From: Planctomycetota bacterium
GTDB lineage: Bacteria > Planctomycetota > UBA8108 > SXIK01
DNA length: 64,000 nt
Assembly: GCA_965223265.1 (NCBI GenBank)
Contig: OZ244999.1
Span: 8,608,001 to 8,672,000, forward strand
Reading direction: 5' to 3'
The notes under the pieces are model-generated. The model did not search any database, was not told the DNA's origin, and saw nothing but the letters and a program-made list of their open reading frames with translations. This document shows positions 37,455 through 47,400 of this stretch, in pieces. The position numbers and the translations under genes are program-made. Position 1 is the first letter of the stretch. Each line of letters starts with the position of its first letter.

Positions 37455-40400
37455 CTACTCACACGTGTCGAAGTCGCAGCCGAGGCTCTTGGCAGGCTCG
37501 TCATCTTGCCCACACTCGGGTGATGGGGCGTCGAGCCGTTCGCCGCCTCCGACGAACAGGTAGGTGAGCAGGAAGATCGCGTCAGAGACGTCATGATCCT
37601 CGTCGTCGTTCGCGTTGCATGCTTCGACGCACTCCGGGATGTGCTCGCCTGCGAAGAGATGGCGGAGACTGAAGATCGCGTCCGACAGATCGAGGTCACC
37701 GCTGCTGTTACAGTCACCGCGGAGGAACAACGCCTCAGCGGGGTCAACTGACTCGGGAAACGCTTTCATGCGAACGATTTCGCCAACACCTCTGTTTGAT
37801 AGCGCTAGAATCTCATCCTCAACGAGTGTGATGCCCGTGACGATGAACTCCTGGCGATCAATCGGGATTTCATAGCCGGTGAGTGATCCAGAAAGTGACA
37901 TCTCGACAATCTTGGATACCGAGGGGCACCGCGCACACCCCAAAACCTCCGCATCGAAGTCGTCGATCGTCATCGCCGTTGTCAGAAGAGTACGGCGCTT
38001 CGGCGACAGAGTCACGCCGTGATTGATCACCAGGTGATTGGGAGGCGGTAGCGGATGGGGAAATTCACGGAGAGTTCTTCCTGTGAGGTCGATTTGAGTG
38101 AAGGCGTCAGTGTTTCCTTCCATGTAGTAGAAGGTGTCCGTCAGCGGATCCCAGGTCAAACCGAGCGGCCAGCGATAGCCGAGGCCCGGCGGTGTCGTCT
38201 CTACTTCGTCGACTAGCTCACCGTCGACTGTCATGCTGGCGAGTCGAAAGAGAGCGTCCACTCCTCCACGCGAGATGATGGCATAGAGAAGGGGTTGATC
38301 GTTCTCCATCCGGATTGCGATCGTGTGAACTTGCCATCCCGGCTCGAGAGGTGCTACGAAACTGTCGAGAAAGATTAGATCCGCATCGTAGTAATAGAGC
38401 CTCGGTTCCGTTGTTCCAGCCGATAGGCGTTGAACGACGAAGAAGGTGCCGTCTGCCGGGTTGTAGGCTATCTGGCCTGGATCGACCAGAGGTTCGGTGA
38501 GTCGGCGCGTGAGCACCGCGCCGACTCCGACTGTCACCGAATCGGTCGCAAAGTCGCTCGCGATTCCCTCTCGGATGCCCTGCACCCGGTACTCGTGTCG
38601 CCCAGGCGGTGCATCTACGTCGACGTGGGCGCGGGAGCTGCCGCTCAGTTCAGCGATCTTCTCACAGCTGCGATAGACGTCGATTCGGTCGTAGGGGCCA
38701 TTGTTGACAAACGTCAGTTCGACGTTGTTCGAGTGCGTCCGCTGGCGGGCGACGAAGAGTGTCGGTCGGCGGACTTCCGGCAGCGCAGTTTCGATCGCGT
38801 GAGCTATTCTGCCGTCGAAAATGAAGAGGTCTCCACGATCGAAGTCGCCGATGAGTGCGATGTCCTGAGCGCCCGGAGAAGCAGGAGTGATCCACGATCC
38901 GGAGACGATCTCTTCTGTCTCGACGTTGAAACGGAAAATATCTGTCCTGCCGTCTGCGAAGGCACCGCTCAAGTAGAGTTCTCGCGCTCCGAGAGCATCG
39001 TTGACCGCGACACCGCTAGTGTTGAAATCCGAGGGATTCGGAAACTCAAATCGGTTGTAAGGATGAGGCAGTTCCCGAATCAAATTGCCGGCGACGTCGA
39101 GTTCGTAAAGCATACGTCGTTTTGTTTCGACGACCCAAATCGATCCTTGCCCTCCTCGGCCGCGAGCGTCGTAGGCGATGCCGCTGACGCGTCCGCGATC
39201 GACATCTTGCGCTGGGTCGGTGCCGATGCTAGGCAGTTGCGCTCCGACGCTTGACACTACGCTACCGGCATTGTTGATCGAGCCGATGCTGTGAGTTGTG
39301 GCGTTGTAGATCAGGAAACGCTCAGGAATACCCGACGGACTGAGGCCGCCAATCGAGTCCCCTTCAGCCAGAAAGAAAGAGCTGATTTCGCTGCGGCTGA
39401 TTTCCTGCAGATCGCGGCCAAGGAAGATTAGGCTCTGCCCAGTTGCGATGACCAATTCGCCGTCGTCGCTCGAGGTCATGAACCCCAAATGCCCGAGAGT
39501 TTCACTGGATGCGATGACTTGGCCGGCTCCGACGATCACGGTGCACTCGCGCGTCTGCGTCGAGTTGAAGCCTGAATAGGCTCTGACCGCTAGCTTGTGC
39601 TCTCCATCCGGGAGAGACAGCGACCAGCTTGTCGCGTCGCCTGGCACGGTAGCTAGCACCTCGCAGCCGCGGACGATTTCAATGGAATCGTACGTCTCGC
39701 TGGTAAGCCACTTGAGTTCGACGGCCGGACCAACCGCGCTACACTGAAGATCGCGAAGCGGCAAGAAGCTCGGTTCACCGCTTTCGAACACAAGGAATCG
39801 ACTGCCGACGACCGTCGTGCATACGTACGCGTCGAAGATCTCTCCGCTCTCTGGGTGGCGAAATGGCCGACTCAGTAGGCTGTTGACTTCACCTCCTGCT
39901 TGCCGCAAGGAGATGGAGGTTTCCGCGATCTCGCCGAGCGCGTTCAGTCGTAGAATCGCATAGCGGTCGTCGCTGCTCCCGAGGAGATGGAAGCCGCTCA
40001 GCTCGCCTTCTTTTTTGATGGGTTCGACGTCATTGAATCGAACGCGAGATTCTGCACCGAGAACAGCTTCGATTTCAGAGCGATCGGGGAAGGATCGTAG
40101 CGTCACGCCGTCCAGCGTCGTTTCCAACACGGACGCCCCTTCGTTCATGACGACGTAGATCGACCCGTTCCCGTCGTTCCCTCCCGCATCGAAGGCCAGC
40201 CCCATGGCGTCTCGCGACTCGAAGTCAATAATGCGGTCGGTCGGCGCGCCGTCCTTGGTGATCTCATGGAGCTCGCCGCTTAGCGCGTCCATGACGAGAA
40301 GTGTCCCGTCGATGCTGTTGATCGTGATGCCGTACGCGAACGATGCGACAGCGTTCTCGAAGGGAATCGGCACCGTTTTGATCACGGTGGTCAGCTCCCG

Positions 40401-41468
40401 GTTGTACTGATAGACCTCGAATTCGGTAGCGCTAGTGACCCAAAAGGTGTCGTCGACATCGTCGTGTGCCATGTCGACCGGTCCTACTGCTTCGGAGGAT
40501 AGGTGTGCCACAAGTTGTCCGGGCTCGCCCGTAAGAACTGGCGAGACGGCAGCGAGACCGAGCGAAAGTGTCGCTGCCAAGAGGCGACGGGATCGTTCCA
40601 TTGCTCTTCCTTTCGGTTCAGAGGCCTGCTGTGTATCAACGGAACTCCGCGTTGACGATGATCCTTGGGCGCGCTGTTGATCAGCACGAAGGGAGACGTC
40701 GTCAGGGGGGCGACTCGGTCCTGCGAGCAAAAGCAGAACGGTCGCTACCGAGACGATTACATACGGGGACGACTTCGCGATGATCTGCGGAGCAGAATGC
40801 CAGAGCCCTGCCGCGTCGTTTTCGGGCGCTGGAGCGAGGGGGCCTCGTTCAACAACACGTGCCTCGAGGTCCCTCGACGGAGCACCGGGCATCTCCCTGG
40901 CGCCGACGAGCGCCAATTCTGTGACAACGATCGCGGTTCCCGCGCCGCCGACAAGGCGCTGCAGCTGATTCTTGGCTCGGTGAACTCGACTACCAACCGT
41001 TTTGACAGGCACACCGGTGATCGATGCGATCTCTTGGTAAGAGAGTCCCTCGAACATACGGAGGTGAATCGTGAGACGGAATTCCTCCGGCAGCTGATCG
41101 ATGCAGTCGTAGAGAAGTTGGCTTTCCTCCTGCGAAAGCACCGTCTCCGCTGTACTGGGCTCAACGAGGTCGCGCTCCCGCCCAGCACGGTTCTCATGAA
41201 AAGACCTGGTCTTTTCCCGCCGCAGGATTGATCGAGCGACGTTGAGAACTGTCTTCAACACAAAGGCGCGCGGGTTCTTGACGTTGGCCGACTTGGTTGT
41301 GGCACGAGAAAGTCTCAAGAAACTCTCCTGAACGACATCTTCCGCCATGTCTTCAGACGGGACGATGCGTCGAGCCATGCGCGTCACAGTCTCGATGTAA
41401 GCGCTGACGAAGGCACTGAATCGAACACGGTCACGTCGATCGAGATAAGAGATGAACGGGTCACTCAC
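37455..41468 (-). CDS. ECF sigma factor fused to TM + extracellular beta-propeller/FN3-like repeats + C-terminal dockerin-like domain
   Basis: AEDVVQESFLRL (region 2); LPEEFRL..EGLSYQEIASITGVPVKTVGSRVHRAK (region 4); TM YVIVSVATVLLLLAG; FLRGDCNSSGDLDLSDAIFSL..C..ACNANDDEDHDVSDAIFLL. Confidence 0.88.
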   Translation of the reverse strand: MSDPFISYLDRRDRVRFSAFVSAYIETVTRMARRIVPSEDMAEDVVQESFLRLSRATTKSANVKNPRAFVLKTVLNVARSILRREKTRSFHENRAGRERDLVEPSTAETVLSQEESQLLYDCIDQLPEEFRLTIHLRMFEGLSYQEIASITGVPVKTVGSRVHRAKNQLQRLVGGAGTAIVVTELALVGAREMPGAPSRDLEARVVERGPLAPAPENDAAGLWHSAPQIIAKSSPYVIVSVATVLLLLAGPSRPPDDVSLRADQQRAQGSSSTRSSVDTQQASEPKGRAMERSRRLLAATLSLGLAAVSPVLTGEPGQLVAHLSSEAVGPVDMAHDDVDDTFWVTSATEFEVYQYNRELTTVIKTVPIPFENAVASFAYGITINSIDGTLLVMDALSGELHEITKDGAPTDRIIDFESRDAMGLAFDAGGNDGNGSIYVVMNEGASVLETTLDGVTLRSFPDRSEIEAVLGAESRVRFNDVEPIKKEGELSGFHLLGSSDDRYAILRLNALGEIAETSISLRQAGGEVNSLLSRPFRHPESGEIFDAYVCTTVVGSRFLVFESGEPSFLPLRDLQCSAVGPAVELKWLTSETYDSIEIVRGCEVLATVPGDATSWSLSLPDGEHKLAVRAYSGFNSTQTRECTVIVGAGQVIASSETLGHLGFMTSSDDGELVIATGQSLIFLGRDLQEISRSEISSFFLAEGDSIGGLSPSGIPERFLIYNATTHSIGSINNAGSVVSSVGAQLPSIGTDPAQDVDRGRVSGIAYDARGRGGQGSIWVVETKRRMLYELDVAGNLIRELPHPYNRFEFPNPSDFNTSGVAVNDALGARELYLSGAFADGRTDIFRFNVETEEIVSGSWITPASPGAQDIALIGDFDRGDLFIFDGRIAHAIETALPEVRRPTLFVARQRTHSNNVELTFVNNGPYDRIDVYRSCEKIAELSGSSRAHVDVDAPPGRHEYRVQGIREGIASDFATDSVTVGVGAVLTRRLTEPLVDPGQIAYNPADGTFFVVQRLSAGTTEPRLYYYDADLIFLDSFVAPLEPGWQVHTIAIRMENDQPLLYAIISRGGVDALFRLASMTVDGELVDEVETTPPGLGYRWPLGLTWDPLTDTFYYMEGNTDAFTQIDLTGRTLREFPHPLPPPNHLVINHGVTLSPKRRTLLTTAMTIDDFDAEVLGCARCPSVSKIVEMSLSGSLTGYEIPIDRQEFIVTGITLVEDEILALSNRGVGEIVRMKAFPESVDPAEALFLRGDCNSSGDLDLSDAIFSLRHLFAGEHIPECVEACNANDDEDHDVSDAIFLLTYLFVGGGERLDAPSPECGQDDEPAKSLGCDFDTCE

Positions 41469-41543
41469 GGATGATTCCCCTGAGCTCTATTTTCTTCCCC
41501 AGAAATTGCTCGCGAGCATCCGAAGCGTGTCGCAAGTCGATGG

Positions 41544-44039
41544 CTAGAAACAGGTGGAGTCGCGGCAGATCCGAAGTCGATCTGGCGTTGGATCTTCGCC
41601 ACAACGAAAGAGGTCGGCGCTAAACGGGCGATCGACACCAGCGAAGAGAAAGTTCAAGATCGCGATCGCGTCAGCCGCGTTGACGATTCCATCGTCGTTG
41701 AAGTCTGCAGCGTCGGGGCATGCGGGTGCACGGCCCCCACGAAAGAGATGGTTCAGAACGAAGACTGCATCAGAGATGTCAGGCTTTCCGCCGGAGTCTG
41801 CGTCGCCGCGGCGAAAGAGCGGCCCCGGACTCGTTCCACGAATTCCGTGAAGCACTGAAATCGAGCGTGACCCGAAGTCTGCGGTTACAGCGTCGACGAC
41901 GTCGTCGCCATCGAAGAACCCGATCGCAATCGAACGCGGTGAGATTCCCACCGGGCGCTTTTCGATCTCGGCGGCGAAACCCCGCTCCAGCCCGCGGGCG
42001 ATCAATACGGCATCGATACCGCCAGCAAGAACGTCAAGGAAACCATCGCCGTCGACGTCTGCGACGGCCAGTGGATTCAGCTCGGTGCCGAAGTCGAGCT
42101 CGCGCGTCGCTGCTGGGTCAGGCTCGTCCGCGAGAGGGTCGTAGATCACGACGACCTTCGTGCGCTGGACCGCGACGAGGTCGTCACTGCCGCTACCATC
42201 GAGGTCAGCCAACGCGATGCTCGCCGCTGCGCGGAGCGCAGAGAGATTGTGAGCTCTCTCAAGGCCGCCGTTGCCGTCACCTCGTAAGATGGAGATCCCA
42301 CTCGATATCGCCGCCGCAGCGTCGAATGCGCCGTCACCGTCGGCGTCGCCGACGGCCAGGGAGATGGGTGGCTCCCCGATCGCGATCCGCGTCTTGGGCC
42401 CCATCTCGTGAATGCCTCGCTCTGAGAGAGGTCGAAGCACGAGTACCAGTTGGTCGGAGGCGAGGTCGCCAATCAACAGGTCGCTGTGCGCGTCGCTGTC
42501 GAAATCAGCGGCGGCGATCAGAGACGGAAGTGGGCTGCCGGGCACGGCGATCCACTGCTCCTCCACGGCTAGGGGATTACCTATGATGACTTCGCCGTGA
42601 GAGAGGTCACTCACTGCGATTTCGTCGACGCCGTCGCCGTCGAAATCGCCCGCGACCATTTCTTGAAACGCTCGACCCTGAAAGTGCGTCTCGTTCACGT
42701 CGTTTGACCCAGACGTCGCCAGGAGCGCTGTGGCACTGAGCGCGACGAATCTGTGCTCGCTTTTGTCTCTTTCTGCAAGGACCAACAAGGCGCGCGGCGG
42801 CTGTTTGAGCGGGACGACCGTGCGCGTCGCTAAGCGGCCGTTCGAAAGACCAGGTATGACACCGAGTGTTTCGAGCGTTCGCCATGTCGCCACCGTGTCC
42901 ACAATTCCATCGCGGTCCACGTCGTGACGAGACAGACTGGCCACCTCGTCGTCCAAGAAGATGTCACGCGGAGTGAACGAACCCGTGCCGCTGCCGAGAT
43001 GAACGCGCACGCCGTGATTGCCGAATCGCTGCAGTGGACTGATGATGTCGATCGTTCCGTTCGCGTCAAAATCATCGACGAGCAAAAAACCGGTGAAGAA
43101 GCCGGCCTTCGCTCCTGACGACGCGCCGACCGTCGCGACGTTGAACCCACGAGCCTCGCCGTTGTTCGTCAGCAGTAAGAGAGTGTCGTCACCTGTCAGC
43201 GTGACCAGATCGGGATGGCCATCGCGATTGAAATCTTCGGCGGCGACGATGCGCGGTACGACGGCAAAGCCGAGATCTGATCTCTCGGCGAGGTGGAACG
43301 TGCCGTCACCGCGGCCGTGAAAGCGACTGATGAAACCGTGATTATTGCTCTCTTCGCGGTGCGCCACGGCGACGTCGAGCAGGCCGTCGCTGTCGAAGTC
43401 ATGCAGCGCGAGCGAGTGGGGGTTGTCGCCGACCGAGACGCGCTCGACTCGACGAAGGCTCCCGCGACCGTTTCCCAGCAAGACGTCCATTGTGCTCGAA
43501 GCCAGGTTTGTGACGACGGCATCGAGCCAGCCGTCGCGATTGAAGTCGCCGAGCTCAATGAGTCTGGGGCTGGTGCCGACGTCGGTCGCTCCTGAAACCT
43601 CAAAGCTCCCATCACCGCGATTGAGGAGCGTCGTCACGTTGTCGGAGCCGCTGTTGACGACCAGCAAATCCGGTGAGCCATCGCTGTCCAAGTCGCCGCT
43701 TGCAACGCTGATCGGTCCAAGCCCAACGCCGTAGTCCACCGGGACTCCGAACAGTTTCTGCGAGGCGCCCAGGAACACCCGCGTCGCACCAGCCGCCTCC
43801 TGGGTTACGGCGACGTCGAGCCAGCCGTCGAGGTTAAAGTCATCCACGACGTGCGTAGCAGCCGGTTCGGTCAGCTCGAAAGACTGCGTTCCCTGGAAGA
43901 GATTCTGCGCTTGAGTCTTGCCGACGCGACCGCAGATGATGCCAAGAACGATGAGCGATGCCAGGGTCACGAAACAACCGTGCCGCTCAGTTCGACGATA
44001 GAGTGTGCGCCGATCCGACGCGAGGAAGCGACGGAGCAT
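41544..44039 (-). CDS. Secreted FG-GAP/VCBS-repeat protein with C-terminal dockerin-like domain
   Basis: More than 10 GDF[ND]xDGxxD repeats; LFRRGDADSGGKPDISDA..CPDAADFNDDG; GGAGG RBS before ATG 44039. Confidence 0.9.
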   Translation of the reverse strand: MLRRFLASDRRTLYRRTERHGCFVTLASLIVLGIICGRVGKTQAQNLFQGTQSFELTEPAATHVVDDFNLDGWLDVAVTQEAAGATRVFLGASQKLFGVPVDYGVGLGPISVASGDLDSDGSPDLLVVNSGSDNVTTLLNRGDGSFEVSGATDVGTSPRLIELGDFNRDGWLDAVVTNLASSTMDVLLGNGRGSLRRVERVSVGDNPHSLALHDFDSDGLLDVAVAHREESNNHGFISRFHGRGDGTFHLAERSDLGFAVVPRIVAAEDFNRDGHPDLVTLTGDDTLLLLTNNGEARGFNVATVGASSGAKAGFFTGFLLVDDFDANGTIDIISPLQRFGNHGVRVHLGSGTGSFTPRDIFLDDEVASLSRHDVDRDGIVDTVATWRTLETLGVIPGLSNGRLATRTVVPLKQPPRALLVLAERDKSEHRFVALSATALLATSGSNDVNETHFQGRAFQEMVAGDFDGDGVDEIAVSDLSHGEVIIGNPLAVEEQWIAVPGSPLPSLIAAADFDSDAHSDLLIGDLASDQLVLVLRPLSERGIHEMGPKTRIAIGEPPISLAVGDADGDGAFDAAAAISSGISILRGDGNGGLERAHNLSALRAAASIALADLDGSGSDDLVAVQRTKVVVIYDPLADEPDPAATRELDFGTELNPLAVADVDGDGFLDVLAGGIDAVLIARGLERGFAAEIEKRPVGISPRSIAIGFFDGDDVVDAVTADFGSRSISVLHGIRGTSPGPLFRRGDADSGGKPDISDAVFVLNHLFRGGRAPACPDAADFNDDGIVNAADAIAILNFLFAGVDRPFSADLFRCGEDPTPDRLRICRDSTCF

Positions 44040-44457
44040 AGTTCCTCCCGATGGTTTGCACCCGGCGCTCGACACGTTCCGCAGGTCAACTCACCGCGCC
44101 CATCTTATAGCTGGATCCGCACCGACGCTATCTGCGCTCGTGAAACCGTGCGATCGACGAAGCCGATCGAATGCAGCCGGGTTCACTAAAGAGACTCGCG
44201 GCGGCCGAAGTTTCTTCCCGAGAAGTCAGGTGAGAGGAGCGAATGCGCCGAAAGCGACTCGCTGTCGTGAGTCCCTCGGGTGCGGCGTGCGTCTGTCAGC
44301 AGCGCTGTTGGGCTTCGTCGACGATTCGCACTAAGCTCTAGGGTCGATCCTTTCCCGCACGGGTTCGGGGATCGGACCCGCGGAGAGAGGATCGATGAGG
44401 TTTCTGAGCGCCGAAACTCCAGACGGCTCAATTTGCGTCAGTCGTTAGTTTCGCAGC

Positions 44458-47400
44458 TTACTCGTCCGGCCTAATCACGATCGTTGGCTCACCATTCTCG
44501 TTGCGATTCTTGGCAAGATCGTGGAGCTGCGTGAGCGCTTGGTCGAGCGCGGCGACCGCGATGTCGCCGGGAATCGTGTCTCCACCAAAGAAGTACTCCC
44601 ATACGAATGCCGCCGCCGCCCCCGGCGACGAAAGCACCGCGGCTACCACGGGGTCGTCGTTGTCGACGATCTTCAGAAGTGCGGTCGCCGCGCCTTGCCA
44701 GGTCAGTGTCACGACGAAGCCGTAGTAGGGGATTGCCGCAACCGCACCGTCGACGGCTGCGGCGCCTGCTTGCTCGAAGTGAAGGCGTCGCGTCAGCGGG
44801 TTGTTCGCGCCAGCCGCTTGGTGGAGATAGTAGCCCGCCTCGATGGCGCCGACGGCCAGGGCCGCTACGGCGCCGGCTTTGGTCGGACGCCCGCGCATGG
44901 CGGCGCGGAGTTCGTACACCTCACCACCGAGGTCGATGAGAGTCGTTGCGAGCATGACGATCGCCTTCACCTCATCGCCATCTCGGTACGCGATCCAGGC
45001 TTCGCGCGCGCCGATGACGGCTTTGCCGGCAGCTGCTACTCCCTCGAGCTTGTCCATGATCCTAAGGCGTCGTCGCGAGCCGTGTAAGATTTCGGAATCG
45101 TTCGTGTCCGCCACCACTTCGACGCGCGTCGTCACCCGCCGGGTCTCGAATCGGGCCGGCTCGTCGAAGCTGTTTTTGATCATGACGTCGACGTCTTCGT
45201 ACTCGCTAATTCGATAGACGTACCCACCGCTTCCGTCGCGCAGTTTGTCGACTTCAACGATCGGCGTCGGCCGGGGCCACTCGTGCCACAGGCGCTCGTA
45301 GCGCTGCTTTGCGGTCGCCGTCCACTCGATGAACTGGGCGGTCGTGTCGGGCACCGCGTCCCACTTTGCCGCCAGGCTTCCGGTGGAATCGAGCTGATTG
45401 AGCCAGTGACTGGTCGCTTGCTTGAACGTGCGCACGTCATTGCCGTTGCCGTCAATGGTCTCGACGTACCACGTGCAGTCTCCGGTCTCGGTGCAGCTGA
45501 TTTGTTCCTCGATGATTTGGGCGACGTCGCCGTCCCGTGTTGAGACGATCAGGATCGCGTCGACAGCCTCCGTAGTGAGGGCAGTCGGGTCGACGCTGGC
45601 GGTTGGGTTATCGAGTCGGTTGACGACGTGAACTGTGGTTCCGTCTTCACTCATCCAGTTGCCATTCGGCAGCGTGCCGAGCTGCTCTGGGAGGACGCTG
45701 AGAAGGTGGTCGATGTCGCGATCCATTTTCGCCACCAGACTGGTCGCGGCGATGGGGATTTCATGGACGAAAGCTGCAACCGAGAGGTCGCTAGGATCAA
45801 TGGACGTCCGCTGGTTGATTCCACCGCTGACGTAGACCCAAAGCGGTGACAGGTAGAGCCAAGCCGTGCGAGCGTCACCGTCGGCGGTTGTGGCTTCCAT
45901 CGTCGCTTCGCTCGCTGGAAGGCGGATCTTCACCTCGTAGGCGTTGTCGCCGATCTCGCTCGCCAAGGCGACTGCGGTGTGGAGGTGATCGCCGTTCAGC
46001 ATGTCGCTACTAGCGAAGAAACTCGCCTGAAACGCGGGTCGTTTGAAGGTGGCGCCAGTGCGGAAGCCAAGATCGGCCTCGGGGTCGATTGCGAACTGAA
46101 TCACATACGTGTTTTCGGTGTCGAGCGCGACGCGAACCGGTGCGAAGTGAAACCGGTAGGGTGTCCCAAAGGCATCTTCAATTTCAGTGGCAGTCACATT
46201 CGTCAATCGGACGTTGTATTTGTGAAATCGATTGGTGTAGTCGATGCGGTATTCCTTCTGGTGAAAGCAGTCGTAGTTGGTGTAGTACGGTGCCGCCGCA
46301 CTCGAGGTCCAGCTGCCATCCCTCGTTGCGGTGTAGGCGGAGTACGGCGTGTCCGATGAAATGAGATCGTTGATCTCGGCGACGATTTTTGACTCCGTGA
46401 CGTCGCTTTCCTGGACGGCATCGTTGTCCGAGGACCTCCAATCGACACCCTCGTAGCCGCACGTGATGGTGTAGTCGTGCTTGACCACCTCGGCTTCACC
46501 GGTGAGTGAGCCGACGAGATAGGTCTGTTGAAAGTTCAGGAATCCCGCCGGGTGAACGGTCTCCCAAAACCCTGATTCGTCAGCGGCGGTGTAGCGCACT
46601 GTCGGCGATCGGTCGACTCCATCGAGGACACCGTCACCGTCGCTGTCTGGATCGGTGGGGTCCGTGCCTAGGGCGAGCTCTCGACCGTCGAAGGCGCCGT
46701 CGTCGTCGCTGTCGCGATCGAGGATGTTCACGTCGCCGTCGCCGTCGCTATCGGCGAAGGGGTCCGTCCAGCCGTTCAGTTCGTCGAGGTCAGCCCAACC
46801 GTCCAAGTCGGAATCATCAAGGCGCGGATTGAGCCCGTACGATTCTTCGTCGAGGTCGCTGATGCCGTCAGCATCGTCATCGTCGTCGCTGTCCGCGTTG
46901 TCGCCTGTGCCATCTGCATCCGTGTCCCACCACTCGTTCGGATCGTCGGGGAAGGCGTCTGGTGAATTGCCATTGGCATTGTCGCCGTAGCCATCACCGT
47001 CACGGTCGTCGTGCTGGGTCGCGTCTAGTTGAAAAGCATCTTCGGTGTCGAGGAAGCCATCGCCATCGTCGTCGTCATCTTCGTGATTGACGATGCCGTC
47101 GCCATCCGTGTCCCCGATGAGAACGGCGATCACAGTGTTGGAGCGTGCCTCGATGAGTTCTCCGGTTTGGGGGTGTCGGTAAGTGACTTCGAGATAGACC
47201 GGGAGGTCACCTTCGCGTTGATAGAGGTGGATGACGTCAGCAGCGACTTCAGCCGTCTCTCCGTCGCCGAAGTGCCAGATCGCGCTCTCGATCGGCCAAT
47301 CGACGCCCCAACGCACGCGGCATGTCACCACGGCGGGAGGCTCGATGAAGTCGTTCTCCACCCAAATTCGCGGCGCTGTGCCATCGACACTGAAGTTGCT

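Noticed and set aside
44341-44380. Hairpin GGGTCGATCC..GGATCGGACCC between the FG-GAP and PKD genes
   Set aside because: Bulged stem with no U tract; cannot be distinguished from chance at this GC content
46600-47120. Repetitive GTC/ATC-rich DNA that might suggest an array
   Set aside because: Explained by Asp-rich TSP3-like coding repeats; no constant repeat-spacer structure, so not CRISPR
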